From Tubiluchus corallicola (lineage: Eukaryota > Animalia > Priapulida): DNA of 64,000 nt. The stretch spans positions 47,208-111,207 of the forward strand of contig JAQGDQ010000695.1 of the NCBI GenBank assembly GCA_030141605.1. Reading direction: 5' to 3'. The notes below the pieces were generated by a model that searched no databases, had not been told where the DNA came from, and saw nothing but the letters and a program-made list of their open reading frames with translations. Positions 1-30,400 of this stretch are shown here, one piece after another. Each line of letters starts with the position of its first letter. Position 1 is the stretch's first letter. The translations under genes and the position numbers were made by a program.

Positions 1-213
1 TCCTTTGGACTACACCAGGGAGGAAGAGAGGCAGTTCCTGTTGTCTGGGCAACTCAGGATCTCCATACACCCTTGCCCAGGCGTGCGCCCTGGAGACGTT
101 CAAGGATTGCACTGCTCAGCCACAGTCGACGCTGCAGCTCCATCAATGTGATCAATAACTGACTCTCTTGGCGCACACTCCATTGTCTTCCGAGACAGAA
201 GGATGCCAACATC
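1..213 (+). mobile_element. 3' part of the same 5S-derived SINE family
   Basis: Near-identical to the reverse complement of 54430-54640. Confidence 0.8.
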
Positions 214-1193
214 AACAAAAATCTGTTGTAGGTCTTGCAAAGTCCGTAGTCTTAAGGTTTGCGACTGGAGCAGGGATTCAAAGAACTCATGATCTTCGAA
301 CTCTTCCTGTTGATGTCACACAAGCTTGTGTGCTGCACACTCATCAACGACATGTTCTTTTACCATCTTGGCAACAATTCGGTCTTTCAGGACATCCTCA
401 GTGGGCCTCATGCACTTAAGCAGTACAGTAACACTTATACAAATGTGCTTGATGTGCAAGGGAAGATACCTGCCATTGCACTAACTTGTGGTTAGTTTCT
501 GACGTAAGCAATAGCTGTGTTCGGTTGCCATTAATCAACTTTCTAAGCTAATTATTCAAATATAAGAAACAATTGTTAACTTTTATAGGCAAGAAAACGT
601 ATATTTTGGACAGTAAATTAAAATGAGATTGAGTCCAAACAATCATCCGGTCTTCCTTTAAGAAATCCGCATTAAATTGCAGGGCAGCAGTCGAACAGAC
701 CATATGCACACATGATGGTAAGAACAGACAGCACAGAACAGAAACTAGACGCATTCCTTCCTCCGCAGAAATCACACGGTGGTTCTAGCACGGCACCTTC
801 TGCCAGCTCAACACCAGAGCAGAATGAAACGTACGTCTATGCTGTAGGAATTCGTATTTAACATAAATATGGAGCAGGCGCAATTAAGGCTTGATTTTCA
901 GTGTTATGGTGTTGTTAAAGGTCAAATTTATCGTAAAAACAGTAATAGCTAATCGCAACTTAAGATGTTCAACAACTTTAACCAAATCTATCTTTAGGAG
1001 TAGAAGAATTCAAGCTGTTAGCTGCAGATAGGAGTGGGTGGAATACTCTGATAAGTGTTCATACCTCAATGCCTATAATAGATGGAATGAGTCTTTGAAG
1101 AAATGAAAGAAATTTTGCATTGAAAGCAAAGCAAAGTGGGAGTGTTGTAATTTGTTGTAGAACTTTGCGAAGTTATGATGTCGTTTCTTGCAG

Positions 1194-16862
<15,669 letters not shown>

Positions 16863-16996
16863 TGTGTAATGTTAATATGTGTTAATGTGTATCTTGTAAA
16901 TAATTTTGACGTTTTGACTGTGGCATATATAGTTGTAAATACTGTTAACATACGTAATGTTATTAATTTAGGTTTTGGTTGCAGTTTTGTTTAGCT

Positions 16997-17277
16997 TATC
17001 TTGAGAAATTATTAAGATTCTGAAGAATTTCAATGCTTAATTTCTTGAAATCTCGAAAGGTGATAAGATACTAAAATTATTTTGTGATCAGTATCTTGAG
17101 AAATTAAGATTTTGAAGAATTTCAATGCTTATTTTCTTGAAATCTCGAAAAACAATAACATACTAAAATTATTTTGTGATCAGTATCTTGAGAAATTAAG
17201 ATTTTGAAGAATTTCAATGCTTATTTTCTTGAAATATTGAAAGGTGATAACATAGTAAAATTATTTTGTGATCAGTA
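16997..17277. repeat. 3 copies of a ~92-bp unit downstream of the MLH1 stop
   Basis: TATCTTGAGAAATTAAGATT...TTTTGTGATCAG repeated. Confidence 0.9.
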
Positions 17278-18455
17278 AATTAAATGGTGATTTCAAATGG
17301 AAATAAAAATATCAAAAATTCTTAAGAATTTGTTGTATCACTTCAGTCAGTTACCATTAATCAAAAACGTTTTTTTTAATTTTTTAAGGTGACTGACACT
17401 TTTTTGTTTCAAAAGGATTACTTGTAAGCGGAATAAAAAATATTTGTTATGATTATTAACAGTATTATTGCAAGAGTTGATGTAAGGTATGATCAAGACT
17501 TGTATCAATGCATAAACTCACAAATATAATCACCAAAATAAAATTTTTGCAAGTTTTTGGTAATTTCTGTTCTGTTGTTTTTTACTATGCAAAAATCAAG
17601 TTTACACTATTGTTAATTTTATGCTACATTTCAGTGAACTGACCAGCTACCTACTAAGATTCCAAGATTGTTTATTTCACATCAACACAAGTGCAATAAA
17701 TTAAAAAATCCAAAAATTTCAATAATTTGATATCTAAGAAGGAGTAAAATACTCAATAAGAAGCAAATTTGAAAAGATACTTAATTAGATATTTAGTTAA
17801 ATGATTTGTGTTACAAGGCATTAAGGAAGCCAAGTTTGTATGCTGATTGTGTAATTACACACATTTAAAAATTATACACATGTGAACAAGCAAATAAGGA
17901 TGAAGATTAATCATGGTGAGGATTAGATAAAGGTACTAAAATGCTAATCCATTGTTTAATCATAGAATGTTATTGATATAAACATGAAGCTCCCTATGTG
18001 GTTACTGATATTATGTTTGTGATGTAATTCTCAAGAGCCATCTGTCAGCCCCATTAATTTTGCACAGAATTAAAAAAAATGAGTAGGCTTTACGATTTTT
18101 CGGGTAATGATGTAAAACAATAATCTCTTAGTAGACTGGATACTTTAGACTGTCACTTTACTACTACAAGTACAATTATATTTTACATGCCTGCAGTGAA
18201 CATGCGAAATCGATCAATTGCAATAAAATCATCTGAGCTATGATCTTCTTTGTTTGTATGACATTCATGCCGCTGCGTATTGAAGCCGACGGTCATCGGA
18301 AATCATCCGTGAAATAACTTTACCCCTGGAATAATTTTGCACGAGGTTATCGCTTTAACTAAGGGCAGCCGGTTAGACGTCTTGCCTTTCTGTTTCAGCC
18401 TTTTTGCAGTTGCTGCTATTTTATTTGTCGAGGAATTTTTTGACCGAAATCAGCG

Positions 18456-21400
18456 ATGGCTTTGCGATTGCTTGTTTGCCGGTTAGCTGTTAAGGTACGT
18501 CTTGCTTAGTCTTAGTTCCCCGGTATACCGTTTACATGAAAATTGTCACGTTTTATTGTGCGGTGTTTTTGTTAACTGTAGGTAGTAGTTCTACACATTA
18601 CTTCTTGCGAATCTTCCTTATTCTAGTAAGAAATATTCCACAAAAATGTACATACTGTAACTGTAAAATAAATTGTGTGCTTGACCATTAAATGACCAAA
18701 ATCGTCCATTAATCGGCAATTACGTTTTTTAGTTATTCACATATCCTGAATACCCATTCCATGGTGATCATTTTGTCACCAAGGTCATCGCTCTATGCTC
18801 TATTCTAAGCTGAGATAATCCACATTGAAGTTCTGGTGCAGGCTATGCACTGAAAAACACAATCTTGAGAAAAATCCCTGTTAAAGTCAACCATTGTTCT
18901 TTGTCGCGGCTCTACAAAGTTTTTTTACAATTGCAGTACTAGTTTCTAACTAGAAAATTGGATACAGGGTTATAAAATTTGATTTTTAAGTATTTTTTTG
19001 AACTTTTTCTTGATATGATAATTTGGTGCTAGGCTATGAAAGTCCAATATATTTAGCTTTTGTTTAGATGACACAAAAAATTGACATTTGAGAAAATTTT
19101 TGGCGCTCTCTACGTTGGAGCATTGTAATGCAGAACTTTTTAACTATGCCAACTTGTGCATGGTTTTGGTTTGCAAGCACACAATTTGTTTTACGTAATA
19201 AATACCAGTACATGGAGCTATTTATGTGGGCATAGTCTGGAGCTGCAGTCTATGTTTACTAATGCAGTGTGCTGAGCTGATTGCTATGAACTATGAATTT
19301 TATTTCACACATCAAAAAATACAATATCAAACACTTTAATAAACTTTAAATAAATCAATTTGAGTAGTGCGAGGTGAGTGTACGACCATATGGTCATTAA
19401 CACACTCACCTTACCTAAATGGAAAAATGATTATAGTTATGCATGCTTCTGTAGATAATTTAATGTAAATAAGGATGAAGTAAATGACGTAATAATTTGA
19501 GTAGTACGAGGTGAGTGTACGACCATACGATCATTAACACACTCACCTTACTTAAATGAAAAAATGATTATAGTTATGCATGCTTCTGTAGATAACTTAA
19601 TGTAAATAAGGATGAAGTAAATGATGTAATAATTTGAGTAGTGCGAGGTGAGTGTACCACCATACAGTCATTAACACACTCACCTTACTTAAATGAAAAA
19701 ATGATTATAGTTATGCATGCTTCTGTAGATAACTTAATGTAGATAAGGATGAAGTAAATGATGTAATAATAGCAATGGTATAAGAGCAATAAACCTGAAA
19801 ATTGAGAAAGGAAAACATAATATGTAATTACGACTTTGAGTGAGCCTTAAAGAGTGAAATTTTTTTTTAAATAGTTACGAATATGAATTATGTGATCATC
19901 TGTCAAATCACCACTTACTTGTATTACAATGCACCATATTGCTTACTTGTATATACAATGATATACATATACACATATATGTACTCAAATTTAAGTGGGG
20001 GAGAAGAGATTAAATTATACATTATACTTGTAGTAACGTCAATTCAATTCTTGTTGTAGTTATTAACAAATTTTATTTTACAGCAAAATGGTAATATTAA
20101 TCAAGTTTAAAAGGCCTATTTATTATAGCACACCAATAGCATTTGACACAGTATATGAATAGGTTCTCTGTCAGAAACTTCACGGGTAAAATCTTCATGA
20201 GGTGACAAAAATTTGACTTTGCAAACAATTTATGCCGAGCTTTTGTCTCAAATTCCTTTTTTGTGCAGCTCAATGAGTTGCAAATTATTGTTAGAAATGA
20301 GAAATTAATTAGATTGCTAGTAATGAAAAACTCTCATTTAGGAATCGTGGATTTAGTTTAACGCCTTTCTCTAAAATAGAGAAAACTCGATTCTTTTTGC
20401 TTTTTCAAGGAGATGCCTAAGCGAGGTCTGGTGGCTGTTGTTCTTGTAGTTATACGTGTTCAGTAACAGACTTCTGTTCGTTTCCAAAACTGGCAATATT
20501 GCTGTGATTAAATCATTGAAAGATGTTATCACTCCTCTTGTACTGGATTACTTAGAGGTTTTCGTGTCGGGTATCGGCCGTAGTTTCTTGACAGCTTTCG
20601 TATTTATTATTTAGGCAGACAAATTTTGGCACTGACCACGATTCTGCACCGTGCGGGCTTAGAGCAGCTACAGTCAACCCTTGTTAAACCGGACTAATGG
20701 GGGGGGGGTCCGGTTTAGCCGATTGTCCGATTTATCCGATAAGCCTATATATGGTCTATATTATACAGGAATAATCACCTTAATAAGGCCTATATACATG
20801 TACAGGCCTACTATACTGTATATTATTTTAAAATAGTTAACCTGTGAGGATGTACAGTTGGTCAGTTTCCTTTACCACGGATGACCTCCATCTTATCCGA
20901 TATCCGGGCTAACGGGGTCCGGTTTAACGAGGGTCGACTGTATCTAGTAATATGATTAGCAAGATAAGGAGACAAATTGTTTATACAATCTGTACTCTTG
21001 TATCTTGTTACATACACTTACCATAGTTTATTTGTTACTCTTCAGTTACTTTTTCAGAGTTCTGTTCTAGAAAAAATTTTCAATTTTGTCATAGTGCAAA
21101 AAGGTTCAGAGACAGTAGAACATCAATATAGCATTCAGCATAGGTAATTTCATATAGCATTACTGCTAATTCAAGCTCTGTAGGCAATAAGATAGCATGT
21201 AACTGATTTCAAGACTTTTTTCAAGATGTTTCAAGCTTTATTTCTAAAAAGTGTTGTCTTGTGCTTTAACAATTCTATGCACGTGTGCAGGTTTTTTCTG
21301 TAAAGCCAATATATCATCGTCGTGTGCGTGAATTGTGTTTTGTTCTTGTTAAAACTTTGCGTTTCCACATTAGTAAGATCAATTACCTTCTAAGAATGAC

Positions 21401-24400
21401 ATATGAGTCTTCGTTTCAGAATGTTGTTCCGACGGCTGTCGTTGGCGCCGCCGCTAGGCAAATGAGCGACAAGACGAACCTGAAAGACGTCCTGGCCGAT
21501 CTCATTCCAAAAGAGCAGAAACGCATCAAGGAGTTCCGCGAGAAGCACGGCTCAACCAAGATCGGCGAAATCACCGTTGACATGGTATGTAGCGCAGCTT
21601 TACCCTGTTCACATGCACGAGAACTTCAGGAAATTTATAATTAATGTCGCGCACATCTCGGTTTGTTGGACTACAGCGGGGAGATGTTAGTCCGAATTTG
21701 CCGATCGTCCATATTTACCTATACTAAGTAATACAGTGTTCCCTCACTTATCGAGGGTGTTCCGTTCCAGGCCCACCCGCGATAAGTGAATTTCTGCAAA
21801 GTAGGGACGCTATACATAACCGTTTCCCATTCCCTTAATAACTTTTCCCATACTGTACATGTACCTTTTAAAAAACTTTACTTAAATGTTCATAAAAATG
21901 TTCACAATCAACCAATCGTGTGTTGTGTACAATTTCACGTCGGCAAGTAGCATCTCAAGCGGGCACAAGTAGTACATTCCGTTTTTTGTGTGTATTCATC
22001 CGCCGAATAAATACACTATTTACTGTAAATGGTAATTTTTATGATTTATAATATTCTTTTAATGTTGGAATTAATATTTTTAATATATTTTTATACATTT
22101 TGGGCTTTTTTATGCAAAATTCATCAAATCTATACATTACTGTACAATACGTACTACGCATGTGCAAAAATACTTTAGACGGAGCAGCGCAAAACCCACG
22201 AAACAGCGAAAATACCGCGATAAATATTTTACATTAATATTTTTGAAAACCCGTGAAACAGTGAGTCCACGTTAAACGAACCGCGGTGTAGCGAGCGAAC
22301 ACTGTACAGCAGGCACCGTATATTTGACTCACAGTAATTTAGAATCAATCGCCTAATCATCTCAAAAAAATCTAGTACGGGCCACTTCTGACATACAACC
22401 CACACACGTGTCGTTACACGCTGCTTGCAGTGATCATGACTGATGTAATGATGCAAACAAAGTGACGGCCCGCCAACTAGCGGTCAGCTCGAAAAACAAC
22501 TGACCACGTCCGTAATATCCTGGACTTTTAACGATTGAGATTTTGTCCTATTTTTTTGATGCCCGTAAAAGAGAGGTCCAAAAAAACGAGGTATGAGCAT
22601 ATTGGAAACTCGCTTTTCGTTTGGCATGATTGAACTATGAAGCTTTTCATTTTAACTGATTTAACCCCCACCCCTAATTGTCTTTGTTTATTATTAACCC
22701 CCACCCCCTAATTGTCTTTGTTTATTATTAACCCCCACCCCTAATACTCTTTGTTTAATATTAACCCCCACCCCTAATTGTCTTTGTTTAATATTAACCC
22801 CCACCCCTAATTGTCTTTGTTTAATATTAACCCCCACCCCTAATTGTCTTTGTTTAATATTAACCCCCACCCCTAATTGTCTTTGTTTAATATTAACCCC
22901 CACCCCCTAATTGTCTTTGTTTATTAATTCTTTTCCAACAGATGCAAAGTTGCAAAGTTTTTGTGTTAGCTGCATTTTCAGGGATGAGAATTTTCCGCGG
23001 ATACGTGGAATTCCGAGTTTTTGGAAGACCAGTAGTGCCATTTTTGTAAATCGCGTAAATTCGTTGAGAAAATTTTTACGGACCCAGTACATTATTTCAC
23101 AAGCTGACCGCTAGTTGGCAGGCCGTCACTTTGTTTACATCACGTACATCATTGTAACCACGTGTATATCTCTATGTATAAAAATATAGAATCAATTGTG
23201 CGGAGTTATTTGAGTCAATTGCAGACAGTTTTTATATACTTTTGCATAGGAGCGGCCAGTACTTAGGCGTTTTTGAGACAATTAGGTATCATGTATCCTT
23301 GATAGTTGGGTATTTTAAATTATGTATGAAACAAGGTAACTGATATTTTAAGTCCATTTAGAGGTTCTCTATGGTCAGAAAATTACAATTTGTTGCTTCG
23401 CCCCCTTGAACCCCCCATGGGGGCCTACGCAGCCCCAAAACCCCCGGCCCTGTTTCAGAGTTTTTTGCAATTTGTCATTCTCATCCCTGCTTTTTCAGTT
23501 CTGATTATTTGAAAATGATTTGGTGTAATTGTGTATTTTGGATTAAATGTGATACAAGTGGCAACACTGCTCACGCAAACGCACCGATTTGGCCGAAAAT
23601 GTGATACAAGTGGCAACACTGCTCACACAAATGCACCGATTTGGCCGAAAATGTGACACAAGTGGCAAGCCTGCTCACACACGCACCGATTTGGCCGAAA
23701 ATGTGATACAAGTGGCAACACTGCTCACACAAATGCACCGATTTGGCCGAAAATGTGATACAAGTGGCAACACTGCTCACACAAATGCACCGATTTGACC
23801 GAAAATGTGATACTTTTTAGCCTCCAATATGCCGAAACAGTGATGTCATAATAATTATTGGGTTTTACGTTTTAATTTTTAAAAATAAGAATTCATATGA
23901 CTGCGTCAGGTAGGTATACAGACGTACGAAAAAATTAGAAAATTCTTGGCCTGGAGTGCAGTAAAAATGTTACCCAGGTGATTAGACGGAAAGAAGAATT
24001 TTTAATGTCCGACTTTGCACTATTGGTAACCCGGTTATTGCAAAACGTTGCATTTGGTCTTTTGGATAAGAGTGCTCAAGTTTCTGTCAAATCTTCCAAC
24101 TCTTGCCATTGACTTGAATTCAATTCACTGCATATTTATTCACCCACAATTCCAATTGTTAATCTAGCTGTACGGTGGAATGCGCACAATGAAGAGCATG
24201 CTCTGCGAAACATCCGTTTTGGACCCGGAGGAGGGCATCCGTTTCCGCGGCTACAGCATCCCGGAGTGCAAGAAGCTGCTGCCCCACGCCAAGGACGGAG
24301 TCGAGCCGCTCCCGGAGGGTCTGTTTTGGTTGTTGTTGACCGGAGACGTCCCGAACAAAGCGCAGGTTTGTCATTTCGGCCGTTCACAGAGTGGTTCTTC

Positions 24401-27400
24401 ACGTCTGCGGTACTTACAGTGGAAGTGGACGGCTTACTTAGACTGGTAGAACTTCTGACTACAGACTCAGACTGGTAGAACTTCTGACTACAGACTCAGA
24501 CTGGTAGAACTTCTGACTACAGACTCAGACTGGTAGAACTTCTGACTACAGACTCAGACTGGTAGAACTTCTGACTACAGACTCAGACTGGTAGAACTTC
24601 TGACTACAGACTCAGACTGGTAGAACTTCTGACTACAGACTCAGACTGGTAGAACTTCTGACTACAGACTCAGACTGGTAGAACTTCTGACTACAGACTC
24701 AGACTGGTAGAACTTCTGACTACAGACTCAGACTGGTAGAACTTCTGACTACAGATTCAGACTGGTAGAACTAAGCAACGATTATGTTATATTTGATAGT
24801 TTTTGTAGGTTTCTACTCCTCACGTAATGGATTTTCATGCAAAATTATATATGAAATGCATTAGCTTACAGTAGACAGATTTAAAATGTAATTTTGACTA
24901 AAAAATGAAAAAAATTGAAATTTCTTAACATTATTAACAAAGATGGTGTCGGGTAGCAATTTTCTGTTGCAGTTTAACCACACTAATTTGACCATTTTTA
25001 CTTGTTGTTATTATAGCCTAAACTTGTGGCACATTTTTTCTATTCCACCCGATATATTATTAACAAAGATGGCGTGGGGTAGCAATTTTGACCATTTTTA
25101 CTTGTTGTTATGCATCTTACTGTTAACCTTGTGTAGCTTTTACAAGTAGAGGCCCCAGTCTCGTTAAAATCAATAATGCCATACAGTATGTGCAAATGCC
25201 TGTTAGTAGTGCCTGCTCCAAGCTTCTATTGCTATTACTATGTCTTATAATGTATTCTGCCTTTTAAATGACCTAGCAGGCTTGCTTCAACTGTGTTAGT
25301 AAAGCTCATGCAATCGAATGTCATCTTCTTCATTCGTTAGCTCTCTCTTAGATAAAGTGGTTAGGTTTAAACTGCTCTTGGCCTGGTAATTAGTTTGATG
25401 AGATGCACGATGAAATTTGAATCAGAAAGGGTACTTTACTTTGTAATGTGCTGTTACGTTACAGTGTGTTACGTTGTGTTTGAGTTGGGTTGAGATTTGT
25501 TGGGTTGTAATGTACTGCTACGTTACAGTATGTTACGTTGTGTTGAGTTATGTTGAGATTTGTTAAGTTGTAATGTACTGTTACGTTACAGTATGTTACG
25601 TTGTGTTGAGATTTGTTGGGTTGTAATGTACTGTTACATTACAGTGTGTTACGTTGTGTTGAGATTTGTTGGGTTGTAATGTACTGTTACATTACAGTAT
25701 ATTACGTTGTGTTGAGTTATGTTGAGATTTGTTGGGTTGTAATGTACTGTTACATTACAGTGTGTTATGTTGTGCTTGAGTGTTGAGATTTGTTGGGTTG
25801 TAATGTACTGTTACATTACAGTATGTTACGTTGTGTTGAGTTATGTTGAGATTTGTTGGGTTGTAATGTACTGTTACATTACAATATGTTACGTTGTGTT
25901 GAGTTATGTTGAGATTTGTTGGGTTGCTAATGTACTGTTACGTTACAGTATGTTACGTTGTGTTGAGTTATGTTGAGATTTGTTGGGTTGTAATGTACTG
26001 TTATGTTACAATATGTTACGTTATGTTGAGAGTTGTTGGGTGGTAATGTACTGTACTGTTACGTTACAATATGTTACGCTGTGTTGAGATTTGTTGGGTT
26101 GTAATGTACTGTTACGTTACAATATGTTACGTTATGTTGAGATTTGTTGGGTGGTAATGTACTGTTACGTTACAGTATGTTACGTTGTGTTGAGTTATGA
26201 TGAGATTTGTTGGTTGTAATGTACTGTTACGTTACAGTATGTTACGTTGTGTTGAGTTATGTTGAGATTTGTTAAGTTGTAATGTACTGTTACGTTACAG
26301 TATGTTACGTTGTGTTGAGTTATGTTGAGATTTGTTAAGTTGTAATGTACTGTTGCGTTACAATATGTTACATTGTGTTGAGATTTGTTGGTTTGTAATG
26401 TACTGTTACATTACAGTGTGTTACGCTGTGTTGAGATTTGTTGGGTTGTAATGTACTGTTACGTTACAATATGTTACGTTATGTTGAGATTTGTTGGGTG
26501 GTAATGTACTGTTACGTTACAGTATGTTACGTTGTGTTGAGTTATGATGAGATTTGTTGGTTGTAATGTACTGTTACGTTACAGTATGTTACGTTGTGTT
26601 GAGTTATGTTGAGATTTGTTGAGTTGTAATGTACTGTTGCGTTACAATATGTGACGTTGTGTTGAGATTTGTTGGTTTGTAATGTACTGTTACGTTACGT
26701 TAAGTTAAAGAAAAAACGTCTGAAAAACTTTGTGTGTCGCTGTCGTACGTGATGGTATCCGCTTGTTGTTTTTTTGCTTTTGAAAATATAGATTTTTTCT
26801 TCTTATTTAGGTCGAGTCGATTTCCAAGGAATGGGCTCAGAGGGCCGAGCTGCCACCCCACGTCGTCACGATGATCAACAACTTTCCGAGCCGCCTGCAC
26901 CCCATGTCTCAGTTTGGTGCGGCCATTATTGCTCTGAACAGCGAGAGCAAATTCTTCAAGGCCTACCACGACGGAATTCCAAAAGGCAGATTCTGGGAGG
27001 TAAGAGCATTGAGCTCGTCTGAATGCGCATTCCGTAAACGAGGTGGCAGTACTGGTAAAAAGCGGTGGGTGTCATAGGCATATTTAGAATTTGCGAGAGG
27101 GCCACCGCGTCCCGTAACGGGCGTTTTCCCGGACCCACTCCGGATTTTTTTCGAAATTTTGACCAATCAGCATGGGGGAAAACGTTCTAGCGGCGCCTGG
27201 TGGGACTCTCGGAAGGAGATATATAGCTCTTTAGAAAGAGGAAGAACAGGGCTACACGATGATGTGGGCTATATTTTAGGACACGTCCACCGAGAGGAGT
27301 ACCGACGAGTTAATTAGATGTTCTATTTTTGGCAATTTTCGCTTAGAAAACTGCTGACGCAATGCCATTGTTGTGACGTCATCCATTATACTCTGCCTTT

Positions 27401-30400
27401 AACTTTAATTCAGTAAAGGCTGCTTCTGCTGCTGGCTTTGTGTTGTAAATGAGGACTGTGTAGGATGTTCGCGTATTATTGATTATAAGTGTACTTATAC
27501 GCAAAATTTTTTGCGGAGCCTTTGCTACCTCCCGCTGAAACGAGAGTAGTTCTGGGTCGTAACGAAGCATCAGATGATCTTGTACGTGTGTACATTTGTG
27601 TGAATCTTGACAAATAATCACTCGTGTGCGACGCCTCACTGCTTTTGGCACACTCCCAATACAAAGACTGGACTTTTCATCTATGAAACATTCCAGAATT
27701 TAATTTCTTCCAAAGTTTGAGTTTAGATTTACCCGGCTTTAATCAAAACATCCATCAGTGTATGTCCTCGCAGCATCCCACGTGTAATAATACATCAAAA
27801 TACACAATTAATACATATCAATAGTTCTTCATCTAGTTAAATTCAAGTCGAAATATTCTTGTGATTTGTTTACTTGTTTACAAAATATCATGTGAATGTC
27901 TGAATTGCGCTGTTTTTGTTTCTTAGTATATCTATGAAGATGCCATGGACTTAATTGGCAAATTGCCAACAGTGGCCGCCACTATCTATCGTAACCTTTA
28001 CCGGGACGGAACCAGCATCGGCGCCATCGACACCGAGAAAGATTGGTCCGCCAATTTCACCTCGATGCTCGGATACGAACAGCACGAGTTTACGGAGTTG
28101 ATGAGACTTTACTTGACAATCCACAGGTGAGTTGATGTTAATTAATCAATCCGGCAGGTGTGTTGATGTTAATTAATCAATCCAGCAGGTGAGTTGATGT
28201 TAATTAATCAATCCGGCAGGTAAAATGAATGCAATTTTTGAAAAACTTGTCCAAATGGTTAACTTAAAGGACAAGAAAAGGGGCACCTGAAGTAGGTTTC
28301 AGAAAAATCGCCTTAAAAAATTATATTACTTTATAGCAATTTTGTGAGTATATCGTACTCGAGTTGAAAGGAATTTTCGTTTGTTTTCATTTTAAATCTC
28401 CCGCAATATTGTTCCAACAGCACCATTACATGACGTTCCTATGCCATGTAAAACAAGGGAAGAAAAGGAAATGTTAAACTGTCCCAAAAAACTTTGCATG
28501 CAAAGTTATATTACTTAGAATTTCGCTTACCTGCTGGAAAGACTTATGTAACTAGAAATAATAATTTAAAATGTTCGTGCCAATTGGTAAAATGTTTCAA
28601 ATGATCTATCATTAAAATCGCTAACGGTCTTATACAGTCTAACACAGGGGTGTGCAAACTGCGGCGTGCGGCCCGTGCATTGAATTGAGTCGCAAGTATC
28701 CAGCTGAAGTCCGTGCCACGATCGCAAAAATAGTGCAGGTAGTTTTTTCCTCTAGATCAGATGGCATGAACCCTTAGAAGACGGTTGTCACTTGTCACTG
28801 TCGGACATGGCTTCTATTATTGGGCCTGATGATCTGCCCAGTCGTCTTCTTGGTCATAGCAGGTAGATCATTTTGACTTGGGTATTTTTTTACAAAATAA
28901 ATTATAAAATAAACAAGTCAAAATGATCTACCTACTATGACCAAGAAGACGACTTGGCAGACAAATTTGTAAGTAGCCAGCAAGCTGAAAAGGTGTGGTC
29001 ACCCCTGATATAGGGGATTCCCAGATTTTAGTTTCAGCTTAGGCTCAGTAGTACATGCCTCAATCAGTGGTTATTTCATCGATTCCTCAGAAGTAATGTT
29101 CTTATAGATCAGAATCATGCATAAGAAAAAGAGGAAGATTGAAGAACAGCAAATCAAGACAGATTAATCTGCACTGTACTACACAGACTGTGTGATACAC
29201 ATTACTAATATGTAATGAAATTACCACTATCTGTCCTGAAAGTAGAAATATACGGTTTGTAATATAAATTTTAATAACTTCCAAAATAGTTTCTTGAGTG
29301 TAGTAGTAATGATGTGCGCAGGTCGGATGCAAAAAAATCGTTATTAGGCCTTTCTGTACTTGGCGCCTTGACCAAATTGCCCATGGCCCGCAGGAATTGC
29401 GGGAAAGTTTAATGTAGCCCGGCTAGTCAGCTAATATGCACACCCCTGGTCTAACAGTCCAAATTTACATGTTTTATCCAGCGTTACTGCCGATGCAAGC
29501 CCTGCATACAAAAGGTATAAAATTTCAAAACAAATTTCTTAAGCTTTATGTAAGTGGAGGGTTTTCTCGTGCTTTAAGATTGTGTATTTGGCTGTCTGCA
29601 TTACATATCATTCTTGTCATTTATGGGTAAAACCATCTTTCTACATTTGTGTATAATTCTTGTATATTTTCTTACTCATTAGTTTTAATGCATCTTCTTG
29701 AGTGCCTAGTTTCCTTTCTGCATCTCCCATTGTTAGTTTGTTATTATTATTATTATTGTTATTAATACTATTATTACTACTATTACTATTATTATTGTTA
29801 TTATTATTATTACAAATATTATTACTATTACTATTATTATTATTATTACTATTATTACTACTACTATTATTATTATTGCTGTTATTATTATTACTATTAT
29901 TATTATTATTATTAATTTTATTATTATTAGTATTATTATTATTGCTATTATTATTATTATTGCAATTATTATTACTATTACTATTATTATTATTGTTACT
30001 ATTATTATTATTATTCCATGCAGGATGGATAGTGTTAACTAAGTCAATTTTGTTTGTGACTGACTATCTATGAATATCTATGACTTGTTTGTTTTAGCGA
30101 CCACGAGGGGGGCAACGTTTCCGCACACGCCACCCATCTAGTTGGCAGCGCACTGTCCGACCCGTACTTGAGTTTCGCTGCAGGCATGACGGGTCTCGCC
30201 GGTCCTCTTCATGGACTAGCTAACCAGGTAAACCCAGAGGCGTAAGACTACCTAATCTTGCGCAAACTGACTGAATTTTTGAATTATTGTTACTTTGGAA
30301 ACTGATATTTTCTGCAATTTATCTGTATTTTGAGATTTCCACGGGTAGTTAAAGGTTATACAGGTATTTTTGTGCTTTAACCGTCTGCCTATCTATTTTA

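Noticed and set aside
168-495. Short ORFs at the window start
   Set aside because: They overlap a SINE tail and intronic sequence; there is no homology to the expected MLH1 exons or any recognisable domain.
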